38,295 bases of DNA. Origin: Stellaceae bacterium (lineage in GTDB: Bacteria; Pseudomonadota; Alphaproteobacteria; ATCC43930; CGMCC-115725). Position numbers and translations under genes: made by a program. The DNA is taken from positions 1 to 38,295 of the forward strand of contig DASYUS010000083.1 in NCBI GenBank assembly GCA_036000945.1, given 5' to 3'. Within the stretch, counting starts at the first letter, position 1, and each line of letters starts with the position of its first letter. The notes below the pieces were generated by a model that worked only from the letters and a program-made list of their open reading frames with translations, was not told where the DNA came from and did no database searches. Shown piece by piece: positions 1 to 8,754 of the stretch.

Positions 1-1
1 C

Positions 2-769
2 TTGATCCACCGCATCGCGACCGAGGACCCGGCGATCGCCGGGTTCGTCATCCCGCACGGCACGGCGACGCTCGAAGAGACTGCGTTCTTTCTCAATCTG
101 ACGCTCGGCGTCGCCCGGCCGGTCGTGCTGGTCGGAGCGCAGCGCCCGGCGAGCGCGCTCGGCACCGACGCCGGGACCAACCTGGTCAACGCGCTGCAAG
201 TCGCCGGCTCTCCCGAGGCGCGGGGCCTGGGCGTGCTGGTCGTCCTCAACAACGAGATCCACCCGGCACGCGATGTCGTCAAGACCTCGACGTATCGGGT
301 GCAGACCTTCCGCTCGCTCGATTACGGCGCGCTCGGCCATGTCGACGGTGACGGCCCGCATTTCTACCGCGCGCCGTTGAAGGCGCACATGCCGGACACG
401 CCGTTCGCCACGCGTGAGATCACCGCGTTGCCGCGCGTCGATATCCTCTATTCCTATGGTGGCGCCGACGGCGCGCTTGTCGAGGCGGCGGTCAAAGCCG
501 GCGCGAAGGGGCTCATCTCGGCCGGCTTCGCGCCAGGCAGCCCGAGCCCGGCGCAGCAGAGCGCCTTTATCGAGGCGGCCAAATCGGGGATCGTCGTCGT
601 GCAATGCAGCCGGGCGACCGGCCGCGTCGCGCCGCGCCGCCGATTGCGCGAGACCGGCGTCGTCGCCGGCGAGGATCTCACGCCGCAAAAGGCCCGCATC
701 CTCCTGATGCTGATGCTGACGACGACGCGCGACATCACCGTGATCCAAGAAGCGTTTCAGAACTATTGA
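2..769 (+). CDS. L-asparaginase/glutaminase family protein, C-terminal ~255 aa; the 5' end lies outside the window
   Basis: The ORF is open to the window edge. HGTATLEETAFFLNLTL and VVLVGAQRPASALGTDAGTNL resemble the conserved asparaginase HGTDT-type region and the hinge/active-site loop. Stop TGA at 767-769. Confidence 0.85.
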   Translation: MIHRIATEDPAIAGFVIPHGTATLEETAFFLNLTLGVARPVVLVGAQRPASALGTDAGTNLVNALQVAGSPEARGLGVLVVLNNEIHPARDVVKTSTYRVQTFRSLDYGALGHVDGDGPHFYRAPLKAHMPDTPFATREITALPRVDILYSYGGADGALVEAAVKAGAKGLISAGFAPGSPSPAQQSAFIEAAKSGIVVVQCSRATGRVAPRRRLRETGVVAGEDLTPQKARILLMLMLTTTRDITVIQEAFQNY

Positions 770-848
770 GTCGCAGCTGCTGCCCCAACTGCCGATCTTT
801 TTTCTCTCGCTGCTGATCGAGGGTGCGCTATCGGGCGCGATCTACGCC

Positions 849-1676
849 TTGATCGCGCTCACCTTCGTCGTCGTCTACAAATCGTCGCGGATGATCAATT
901 TCGCCCTCGGCGAATGGATTATGTTCGGCGCCCTGCTGGCTGCTACCGGCCAGCAGGCGATCGGGCTGGGATCAGCCGGCGGCATTGTGTTCGCGATCGC
1001 CGGCATGGCCGCGCTCGGCATTGCCTTCAATATGATCGTTGTCCAGCGTCTGGCAAACCGCCCGGCCATCGCGCTGATCATGGTGACAATCGGTCTCGGC
1101 GCCCTGATGCGGGGTACCGCCACGCTGATCTTCGCCGGAAAGTCGGGCGCCCTTCAGCTGCCGCTCCCGACGGACCCTCTGGTTGCCTACGGCGTTCCGA
1201 TCGCGCGCGAAAAGCTCATCGCTGCGGCGATCGCGGCAATCGTCATTGCGCTGGTGACGTGGTTTTACCAGCGCAGCCGAACCGGCGTTGCGCTCCGTGC
1301 GATTGCCGATGATCCGCAGGCGGCGATGGCCTCGGGGATTGATCTGAGCCGGCTCTTTGCGCTCGTATGGGCGCTCGCTGGCGCGATCTCGGTTGCCGCC
1401 GGAACCCTCTGGGTCTTCTGCGCCGGCGCCGGTTTCGGTGTGGCGCTGGTCGGGCTCAAGATCTTCCCGATCGTCATCATCGGCGGGCTCGACAGCCTGC
1501 CCGGCACAATCATCGCCGCGATGCTGATCGGTATCCTCGAAAGCCTCGGCGCCGGCTATCTCGACCCGCAACTCGGTGGCGGGTTCGGCATCATCGCCTC
1601 CTACCTGCTGATGATGGCGATGCTGATGGCGCGGCCCTATGGCTTGTTTGGCCAGGCCCCCGCGGAGCGCATTTAA
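849..1676 (+). CDS. livH: Branched-chain amino acid ABC transporter permease (LivH / BPD_transp_2 family); true start probably upstream and non-canonical
   Basis: The protein is hydrophobic and multi-helical, with INFALGE, IVIIGGLDSLPG and a LFGQ tail typical of LivH. The track start is TTG 849. The conserved LivH N-terminal segment (LLPQLPIFFLSLLIEGALSGAIYAL) continues in frame upstream to the stop at 741-743. Confidence 0.8.
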   Translation: MIALTFVVVYKSSRMINFALGEWIMFGALLAATGQQAIGLGSAGGIVFAIAGMAALGIAFNMIVVQRLANRPAIALIMVTIGLGALMRGTATLIFAGKSGALQLPLPTDPLVAYGVPIAREKLIAAAIAAIVIALVTWFYQRSRTGVALRAIADDPQAAMASGIDLSRLFALVWALAGAISVAAGTLWVFCAGAGFGVALVGLKIFPIVIIGGLDSLPGTIIAAMLIGILESLGAGYLDPQLGGGFGIIASYLLMMAMLMARPYGLFGQAPAERI

Positions 1677-1927
1677 GCCTAGCCTTAGCCTAACTCGCAT
1701 CACCGTGCGACAAATGCAGACTGCATACTCGGCGGCGGTCATCTCGGCGCTGAGAAGGTCCTTGCAGATTGTCTCATTCGCCGTCATCAGCACCGCCGGA
1801 GCCCGGCCATGAACGCAATAGCAATGAATCGCTCTCGTTTGTGCCCGGCCTCGGGCCGGGCATCCACGAGACAACGCTCAGGAGTCAAACGTGAGGATTT
1901 GTCTGTCTTGAGCGCCGACGGCCGCGA

Positions 1928-3016
1928 ATGACCAGTAGCGACATCTTGTTCGGCCGCGATGGCGGGATCGCGACCGTCACCCTCAACCGGCCGCAGGCGC
2001 TCAATGCCTTCACCCTCGGCATGTACCGGCGGCTCGACCCGATGCTGCGGCAATGGGCGGACGACCCGGCGGTGCAGGCAGTCGTGATCCGCGGCGCCGG
2101 TGAGCGGGCGTTCTGCGCCGGGGGCGATGTCCGGGCGATCTACGAGGCCGGCCGCGGCATCGCCGGCGACCCGAGGCTGACCTCCGCGTTCTTCCGCGAG
2201 GAATACCAGCTGATCCGGCGCATCCACCGGTTCCCGAAGCCCCATGTCGCGATCATCGACGGCATCACGATGGGCGGCGGCGCCGGGATATCCGTCAACG
2301 GCGCCTGGCGCATTGCCACCGAGCGGACGATGCTGGCGATGCCGGAGACCGGGATCGGCCTCTTCCCCGATGTCGGCGCGACCCGCTTCCTCAACCTGGC
2401 GCCCGGACGTGTCGGCCGTTACCTCGCGTTGACCGGCGCGCGGCTCGGCCCGGCCGATACGCTTTATTGTGGCTTTGCCACCCATTTTGTACCGCGCGAG
2501 CGCGTGCCGGCGCTGGTCGACGCGCTCGGCCAAATCGCGTGGCGGCCCGGCGAGGAGAGCGCGCAGGTTGGCGATCTTCTCGCCGCGTTCCATAGCGATC
2601 CGGGCGAGCCGCCGCTGGCCGCGCGCCGCGTCGCCATCGACCGCTGTTTTGCCGCGGACACCGTCGAGGCGGTGCTCGAAGCGCTAGCAGGCGAGGCGGC
2701 GGCCGGCAGCGGCGACGCCGAGTGGGCATCGGAGACTCGCGCCGGCCTGCTCACCAAATCGCCGACCAGCCTCAAGATCACGCTGCGCCAGCTGATCGTC
2801 GGCCGGGGCTTTGACATCGAGGCGGCGCTCACCCTCGAATATCGGCTGACCCAGCACGTCATGGCGGGCCATGATTTCTACGAGGGCGTGCGCGCCGCGT
2901 TGGTCGACAAGGACCAGCGCCCGCGCTGGCATCCGCCGACGCTCGCCGAGGTCGGCCCTGCCATTGTCGATGGCTATTTTGTGCCGCTCGCCGATGATGA
3001 GCTGCAGTTTGATTGA
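1928..3016 (+). CDS. 3-hydroxyisobutyryl-CoA hydrolase-type enoyl-CoA hydratase/isomerase family protein
   Basis: 362 aa. VTLNRPQALNAF and VVIRGAGERAFCAGGDVRAIY form the crotonase signature. The extended C-terminal domain (ECH_2-like length) is typical of HIBCH. Confidence 0.8.
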   Translation: MTSSDILFGRDGGIATVTLNRPQALNAFTLGMYRRLDPMLRQWADDPAVQAVVIRGAGERAFCAGGDVRAIYEAGRGIAGDPRLTSAFFREEYQLIRRIHRFPKPHVAIIDGITMGGGAGISVNGAWRIATERTMLAMPETGIGLFPDVGATRFLNLAPGRVGRYLALTGARLGPADTLYCGFATHFVPRERVPALVDALGQIAWRPGEESAQVGDLLAAFHSDPGEPPLAARRVAIDRCFAADTVEAVLEALAGEAAAGSGDAEWASETRAGLLTKSPTSLKITLRQLIVGRGFDIEAALTLEYRLTQHVMAGHDFYEGVRAALVDKDQRPRWHPPTLAEVGPAIVDGYFVPLADDELQFD

Positions 3017-3034
3017 AACGAGAGGCACAGACAA

Positions 3035-4627
3035 ATGGCGCGGCCGAACTTTCTCCTGATCATGACCGACCAGCAACGCGCCGATCACCTCGGCTGTGCC
3101 GGCCATCCGATCCTGCGGACGCCGCACATCGACGGCATCGCCGAGCGCGGCGTCGCCTTCGACCGGTTTTACGTCGCGACGCCGATCTGCATGCCCAACC
3201 GCGCGACGCTGATGACCGGCCGCCTGCCGTCGGCGCACGGCGTGCGCCATAACGGCATTCCGTTGTCGCTGCGGGCGACGAATTTTGTCGAATTGCTGCG
3301 CCGGGCGGGATACCGCACTTCGATGGTCGGCAAGTCGCATCTGCAGAACATGCTCGACCGCCCCGCCCTGGTGTCAGATGCGCGCGATCCTGCGCTGGCC
3401 AAGCCGCCGCCAGAGCTCGACGAGGCCAACGCGCCGGAGCCCGGACGCTACGACCAGGAATACGCTGCGCGCTGGCGCCGCGACCCCGGCCGGACGATGG
3501 ATTTACCCTATTACGGGTTCGAATCGGTCGATCTGGCGATCATGCACGGCGACCAGGTCGACGGCCACTACACGGGTTGGCTCGCCGAACGCCATGCCGA
3601 CCCCGATTCGTTGCGCGGGGCGAAGAATGCGCTGCCGTCGAACGACATCGTCGCGCCGCAGGCCTGGCGCACGCGCATCCCGGAAGAGCTTTACCCGACC
3701 AGCTATGTCGCCGAGCGGACGATTGCGCGGCTCGACGATTTCGCCCGGACGCCCGACCGGCCGTTTCTGCTCAAATGCTCGTTTCCCGACCCGCATCACC
3801 CGTTCACCCCGCCCGGCCGCTATTGGGACCTCTACCGCGCCGCCGATATGGTGCTGCCAGAAAGCTGGCATTTCGACCGCGACCGCGCGCCACCGCATCT
3901 CGCCCATCTGCTCGACGCGCGCGACAGCGGCGCGCGCAACGCCAACTCGCCGGCGTTGTTCGCCGCCACCGAAGCTGAGGTGCGCCAGGCGACGGCGCTG
4001 ACCTTCGGCATGATCGCGATGATCGACGACGCCATCGGCCGGATCCTGGCGCGGCTCGATTCGCTTGGCCTCGCCGACAATACTGTCGTGATCTTCACCG
4101 CCGATCACGGCGACTACATGGGCGACCACCAGCTGCTGCTCAAAGGGCCGATCCATTATCAGTCGCTGATCCGGGTCCCGTTCATCTGGGCCGATCCTGC
4201 GGCGCCGGGCGGCGGCACACGCCGCGATTCGCTCGCCGGGACGATCGACATTGCCCAGACGATCCTCGAACGCGCCGGCATGGCCCCCTTCAACGGGATG
4301 CAGGGCCTCTCGCTCATCGGCGCGATCAACGGCACGGGTGGGCCGTTGCGCGACGCCCTGCTGATCGAGGAGGAAGGCCAGCGCGTCTATATGGGCTTCC
4401 CGTCGCGGGTGCGGGTACGCACACTCGTCACCGAGCGCCACCGGCTGAGCGTCTATGACGGGGTTCCCTGGGGCGAGTTCTACGATCTGCAGGAAGACCC
4501 GCACGAACGGGTCAATCTGTGGGACGACGCCGCAGGTTCCGAGCCGCTGCGCGCGATGCAGCACCGCATGATCGGCGCGATGATCGCCGCGTGCGACACC
4601 AGCCCCCGCCCCTCCGCCCTGGCGTGA
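3035..4627 (+). CDS. Cys-type (formylglycine-dependent) sulfatase with no N-terminal signal peptide
   Basis: The N-terminus reads PNFLLIMTDQQRADH. The C-x-P-x-R motif CMPNRATLMTGR is at nt 3188-3202. MVGKSHL and FTADHGDYMGDH are further sulfatase motifs. It starts 19 nt after the upstream stop. Confidence 0.88.
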   Translation: MARPNFLLIMTDQQRADHLGCAGHPILRTPHIDGIAERGVAFDRFYVATPICMPNRATLMTGRLPSAHGVRHNGIPLSLRATNFVELLRRAGYRTSMVGKSHLQNMLDRPALVSDARDPALAKPPPELDEANAPEPGRYDQEYAARWRRDPGRTMDLPYYGFESVDLAIMHGDQVDGHYTGWLAERHADPDSLRGAKNALPSNDIVAPQAWRTRIPEELYPTSYVAERTIARLDDFARTPDRPFLLKCSFPDPHHPFTPPGRYWDLYRAADMVLPESWHFDRDRAPPHLAHLLDARDSGARNANSPALFAATEAEVRQATALTFGMIAMIDDAIGRILARLDSLGLADNTVVIFTADHGDYMGDHQLLLKGPIHYQSLIRVPFIWADPAAPGGGTRRDSLAGTIDIAQTILERAGMAPFNGMQGLSLIGAINGTGGPLRDALLIEEEGQRVYMGFPSRVRVRTLVTERHRLSVYDGVPWGEFYDLQEDPHERVNLWDDAAGSEPLRAMQHRMIGAMIAACDTSPRPSALA

Positions 4628-4712
4628 GTAGCTGCCCGGTCCAGCAGGGCGCTAAGATCGGGTAGAACTAGGGTTCGATGCGTGCGGCGCAGGGAAGGAA
4701 GGAGACCGGCCA

Positions 4713-5612
4713 ATGGCGAAGATCGGCTTTATCGGCCTCGGCAATATGGGTGCGCCGATGGCGGCCAATTTGGTGAAGGCGCAGCACCATGTGACCGGCT
4801 TCGACCTCGTCGCGGCTTCCGTCGCGACGCTGGCGGAGAATGGCGGGCACGCCGCAGCGAGCGCCGCCGAAGCCACCGCCGCCGGTGACATCGTGATCAC
4901 GATGCTGCCGGCCGGGCCGCAGGTGCGTGCGGTCTATCTCGGCCCCGACGGCGTCATCGCCCGCGCCAAGCCCGGCGCCCTCCTGCTCGACTGCTCGACG
5001 ATCGACGTCGAGACCGCGCGGCTCGTCGCCGCCGAGGCGGCCGCGAAGGGTTTGCAGATGCTCGACGCGCCGGTGTCGGGCGGCACGATCGGCGCGGCGG
5101 CGGCAACCCTCACCTTCATGGTCGGCGGCGAGGCCTCGGCGTTCGCCCGCGCCGAGCCGCTGCTCCGGGCGATGGGCCGGACGATCGTCCATGCCGGCCC
5201 CTCCGGCAACGGCCAAAGCGCCAAGATCTGCAACAACATGATCCTCGCCGCCTCGATGATCGCGGTGTGCGAGGGTTTCGCCCTCGCCGAAAAGCTCGGC
5301 CTGCCGGCGCAGACCTTGTTCGACATCTGCAGCACCTCGACCAGCCAGTGCTGGGCGATGACCGGTTATTGCCCGGTGCCAGGGCCGGTGCCGGCGGCGC
5401 CGTCGAACCGCGGCTACGCGGCCGGGTTCACCGCGGCCAACATGCTGAAGGATCTGCGGCTGGCGCAGCAAGCGGCGGGCGCCACCGCGGCGGCGACGCC
5501 GCTCGGCGCGGCGGCGGCCAATCTTTACCAGCTCTATGTCGATGGCGGCGCCGGCGGGCTCGATTTCTCCGGCATCATGCAGTTCATCCGTCGATCGGAA
5601 GCCGGTAAATGA
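4713..5612 (+). CDS. mmsB: 3-hydroxyisobutyrate dehydrogenase
   Basis: MAKIGFIGLGNMGAPMAANL is a Rossmann motif and DAPVSGG is present. The 299-aa length is typical of the family. RBS GGAAGGAG lies upstream. Confidence 0.88.
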   Translation: MAKIGFIGLGNMGAPMAANLVKAQHHVTGFDLVAASVATLAENGGHAAASAAEATAAGDIVITMLPAGPQVRAVYLGPDGVIARAKPGALLLDCSTIDVETARLVAAEAAAKGLQMLDAPVSGGTIGAAAATLTFMVGGEASAFARAEPLLRAMGRTIVHAGPSGNGQSAKICNNMILAASMIAVCEGFALAEKLGLPAQTLFDICSTSTSQCWAMTGYCPVPGPVPAAPSNRGYAAGFTAANMLKDLRLAQQAAGATAAATPLGAAAANLYQLYVDGGAGGLDFSGIMQFIRRSEAGK

Positions 5613-5674
5613 CAACGAAAATTTAACGAAATTAGGGTTAACGTATCGTCTGCAACGCCGCGGACGAGGCTGTC
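5612..5674 (+). promoter_or_regulatory. AT-rich intergenic island with AACGAAA / TTAACG direct repeats upstream of the MarR gene
   Basis: AACGAAA occurs at 5614-5620 and 5625-5631. TTAACG occurs at 5623-5628 and 5638-5643. This is a conspicuously low-GC patch in a high-GC context. Confidence 0.4.
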
Positions 5675-6148
5675 ATGACGAATGAATATCTTGAGGTGAT
5701 TTCGCTGGTCGAGCGGCTTCACCGTCATTTTCTCGAAGTCGTCAAGCTCGAGCTCGATGGGATTGCCGTGCACGACATCAACAACGTGCAGGGGCTGATG
5801 CTGTTCAACATCGGCGATGCGGAGATGACGGTCGGCGAGCTGACGCTGCGCGGCTGCTATCTCGGCTCGAACGTGTCGTACAATCTGAAGAAGATGGTCG
5901 AGAACGGCTATCTCGTGCAGGAGCGCTCGGTGCACGACCGCCGCTCGATCCACGTCAAGCTGACCGACAAGGGCCGCGCGCTGCGCGACCGGCTCAGTGT
6001 CATGCACCGCCGCCACATCGAGATGCTGGCCCAGACGGCGATCAAGGAGGGCGACCTGCAAAACGTCATCGTGACGTTGCGCCGGCTCGAGCGCTTCTGG
6101 GTCCGCGCCGGCGATCTCGTGCAGCGGCCGGGCCAGTTCGCCGCCTGA
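5675..6148 (+). CDS. MarR-family winged-helix transcriptional regulator
   Basis: 157 aa. MTVGELTLRGCYLGSNVSYNLKKMVENGYLVQERSVHDRRSIHVKLTDKG matches the MarR wHTH recognition helix plus wing (DRR..V.LT.KG). Confidence 0.8.
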   Translation: MTNEYLEVISLVERLHRHFLEVVKLELDGIAVHDINNVQGLMLFNIGDAEMTVGELTLRGCYLGSNVSYNLKKMVENGYLVQERSVHDRRSIHVKLTDKGRALRDRLSVMHRRHIEMLAQTAIKEGDLQNVIVTLRRLERFWVRAGDLVQRPGQFAA

Positions 6149-6151
6149 TCG

Positions 6152-6182
6152 GCCGGCGCATTTTTCCGCCGGCGGCATTTTT
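6152..6182 (+). terminator. Candidate intrinsic terminator after the MarR gene
   Basis: Stem GCCGGCG (6152-6158) pairs with CGCCGGC (6167-6173) across the loop CATTTTTC. It is followed by GGCATTTTT. Confidence 0.45.
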
Positions 6183-6185
6183 CGC

Positions 6186-6680
6186 ATGACGGGGTGGCGG
6201 CGGGCTGCGAACCTGTTCGCCGCCCTGTTGCGGAGCCGCCCGATGCGTTCATCTTCGTCCTCCTTGATGCCTCTTGCCCCCGGCATCGCCGCCGCCGGCA
6301 ACCTCGACCGCGGTGACATCGAGGCGCTGGCCGATTCCGGCGTGCGCACGATCGTCAACAACCGTCCTGACGGCGAAGACCCCGGCCAGCTCACGGCGGC
6401 CGAGGCACGCCGGCTCGCCGAGGCGCGCGGACTCGCCTACCACCACATCCCGTTCACCGCGGCGACGCTGACGCGAGCGGATGTCGACGCGTTCGCCGCG
6501 CTCTTGCAGTCGGCGCCGACGCCGCTTGTCGTCCATTGCCGCACCGGCACCCGCTCCACCCTCCTCTGGGCGTTGACCCGCTTGCGCGAGGGCGACGACC
6601 CGGCGGCGCTGGTCGCGCTCGGCGCGAAAAACGGCGTCGACATCGCCGCCCTACCGGCGGTTGCTGCCCGCCTGCGCTGA
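6186..6680 (+). CDS. DUF442 / TIGR01244-like protein with a PTP-type CX5R loop (phosphatase or sulfur-transferase-like); start may be Met at 6267
   Basis: TIVNNRPDGEDPGQ and VVHCRTGTRS (HCxxGxxR[ST] P-loop) are present. The first 27 codons are Arg/Ser-rich and follow the terminator directly, so the internal ATG at 6267 is plausible. Confidence 0.7.
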   Translation: MTGWRRAANLFAALLRSRPMRSSSSSLMPLAPGIAAAGNLDRGDIEALADSGVRTIVNNRPDGEDPGQLTAAEARRLAEARGLAYHHIPFTAATLTRADVDAFAALLQSAPTPLVVHCRTGTRSTLLWALTRLREGDDPAALVALGAKNGVDIAALPAVAARLR

Positions 6681-6690
6681 CTCGGCGATC

Positions 6691-6822
6691 TCGCTCGCCC
6701 CCACCGGGGGGAGAGCGTCGGGGCGAGGGGCGGATTCCAGGGCGCTCGCCGGCTTGCCCTCACCCTCCCGTCGCTACGCGCTGGGCCCCTCCCTCTCCCG
6801 CAATGCGGGAGAGGGGCCGGTC
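6691..6822. repeat. GC-rich REP-like intergenic element (family 1)
   Basis: CTCGCCCC (6693-6700) pairs with GGGGCGAG (6720-6727). Hairpin CTCTCCCGC-AAT-GCGGGAGAG lies at ~6793-6813. The 13-mer CCCTCACCCTCCC (6757-6769) recurs at 15431-15443. Confidence 0.7.
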
Positions 6823-6987
6823 GGCGCATAGCGGACCCGAGGATAAGTGCTAACCCCGGCGCTCCCATTAGCGTAATCTGCTTGTCAAGGGCTTTTGAAA
6901 GACTGGGTGGGCGATCGTGCCCGGGTAACGCGGCCCGCTGGCGCGGCTTGGCGCGCGAATCCAGGGGGAAACCAGGAGGCAAACGCA

Positions 6988-8745
6988 ATGGCGTACGATC
7001 TGATCATAAAGAACGGGCGCGTCGTCGACGGTTCGGGCGAGCCGGCATTCGAGGCCGACGTGGCGGTGCACCAGGGGAGGATTGTCGGCGTCGGCAAATA
7101 CAACGGCGCCGTCGCGGCGCGCACGATCGATTCCGCCGGCCGCGTCGTCGCGCCGGGCTTTATCGACCACCATACCCATTTCGATCCGCAGGCTGTGTGG
7201 GACCCTTATTGCGGCTCGTGGGTGCATAACGGCCACACGACGGTCATCGTCGGCCAGTGCGGCCAGGTCATCGCGCCGGTGCGGCCGGGGGATGCCGAGT
7301 GGTATCTCGAATTCTTCTCTGACGCCGAGCAGATCCCCTTGCCGGTGCTGAAGGCCGGTGTCGATGTGACGTGGGAATCGGTCGGCGACTATCTCGATGC
7401 GCTCGGCAAAAAGCGCGGAATCAATGTCGGCACGCTGATCGGCCATTCCGGCATCCGCCGCTATGTGATGGGCGAAGCGGCGATGGAGCGCGAGGCGACA
7501 GCCGAGGAAATGGCCGCGATGCAGCGCCTGATCCGCGAGGCGATGTATGACGGCGCGCTCGGCTTCTCGACGGCGCCGCTTGATCGCGGCGACCCTGCCG
7601 GGGTGCCCGAGGATGCCGAGCGCTGGGCGCTCGCCAGCGTCCTCGGTGAACTCGGCACCGGCGTCTTCCAGGTCGCCGGCGGCGCACCGGGCGGCACCAA
7701 GGCGACCCGCGCGGTGGCCCGCGAGCTGGCGGCGCGTACCGGCCGGCCGTCGATCTACAACCTGATGTCGGATCCGATCGGCAACCCTGACGAGTGGGTC
7801 GAGCACCTGAAGTGGCTCGAGGACGGGTTCAAGAGCGGCGCGCGCTGCTACGGCTCGGCCCTCTCGACCGTCGCCGGCGGCATCTTCAACCTGGAGCGCG
7901 GCCTCAACGTCCCCCAGGACGAAGACATCACGCACCCCGAGGGCTTCTTCCGCGGCATGCCGACCTGGGACAAGGTCATGGCGCTCCCGTATCAGGATCG
8001 CATGCGCGCCTTCCGCGACCCGGAGATCCGCAAGGCCATGTCCGCCGAGGCGGTCGAGGGCACGGTCGCGCAGGAAGGCGGCATGACCGATCGGCGCGGC
8101 CGCACCCGTGGCGGGTTCAACCGGCGCTGGGACCTTGTCGAGGTGTTCATGACGACGAAGGGCCAGAACCGCCACCTCGAGGGCAAGAGCATCGAGCAGA
8201 TCGCCAAGGAGCAGAACAAGAGCATCATGGATGCCCTCCTCGACCTGTCGCTCGACGAGGATCTGCAGACCTGTTTCCAGGCGATCGACCGCAACCACGA
8301 TCCGAAAGTGCAGAAGCACATCCTCGGCTCGCATTACACGGTCATCGGCACCAGCGACGGCGGCGGCCGGCCGCACACCGCCGACCGGCACGAGACCAGC
8401 ACCCAGCTCTTGGGCCACTGGGTGCGCGAAGAACAGGTGATGCCACTGGAAGAGGCGGTCTATCGCCTCACCGGCAAGACCGCGCTGATGCACGACATCA
8501 CCGATCGCGGCTTTATTGCCGCCGGCAAGGTCGCCGACATCACGATCTTCGACCCCGATACGATCGCGCCGAAGCCGCGCGAGCCGGTGGCGAATTTGCC
8601 GGCGGGCGGCGTCCAGGTCAGGCGCGAGGCGGTCGGCATCGACTACGTCGTCGTCAACGGCACCGTGCTGCTCGACAAGGGCGAACTGACCGACGCGCTC
8701 CCCGGCCAGATCATCCGCGGCCCGCTGTACCAGGCGCGAGCGTAG
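6988..8745 (+). CDS. N-acyl-D-amino-acid deacylase (D-aminoacylase) family amidohydrolase
   Basis: ATG 6988 is preceded by AGGAGG (6974-6979). MAYDLIIKNGRVVDGSG and VVAPGFIDHHTHFD (HxH metal site) are present. The ~585-aa length is typical of Amidohydro_3. Confidence 0.85.
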   Translation: MAYDLIIKNGRVVDGSGEPAFEADVAVHQGRIVGVGKYNGAVAARTIDSAGRVVAPGFIDHHTHFDPQAVWDPYCGSWVHNGHTTVIVGQCGQVIAPVRPGDAEWYLEFFSDAEQIPLPVLKAGVDVTWESVGDYLDALGKKRGINVGTLIGHSGIRRYVMGEAAMEREATAEEMAAMQRLIREAMYDGALGFSTAPLDRGDPAGVPEDAERWALASVLGELGTGVFQVAGGAPGGTKATRAVARELAARTGRPSIYNLMSDPIGNPDEWVEHLKWLEDGFKSGARCYGSALSTVAGGIFNLERGLNVPQDEDITHPEGFFRGMPTWDKVMALPYQDRMRAFRDPEIRKAMSAEAVEGTVAQEGGMTDRRGRTRGGFNRRWDLVEVFMTTKGQNRHLEGKSIEQIAKEQNKSIMDALLDLSLDEDLQTCFQAIDRNHDPKVQKHILGSHYTVIGTSDGGGRPHTADRHETSTQLLGHWVREEQVMPLEEAVYRLTGKTALMHDITDRGFIAAGKVADITIFDPDTIAPKPREPVANLPAGGVQVRREAVGIDYVVVNGTVLLDKGELTDALPGQIIRGPLYQARA

Positions 8746-8754
8746 CGGCGACGC

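Noticed and set aside
1842-1862. Perfect hairpin TGCCCGGCC-TCG-GGCCGGGCA, considered as the livH terminator
   Set aside because: It lies 166 nt downstream of the stop and has no following T-tract on either strand, so I cannot support an intrinsic terminator call. It may be another REP-like hairpin. The 251-nt gap 1677-1927 also contains a protein-like minus-strand stretch (MTANETICKDLLSAEMTAAEYAV). That stretch runs without a stop into antisense livH, so I do not call it as a gene.
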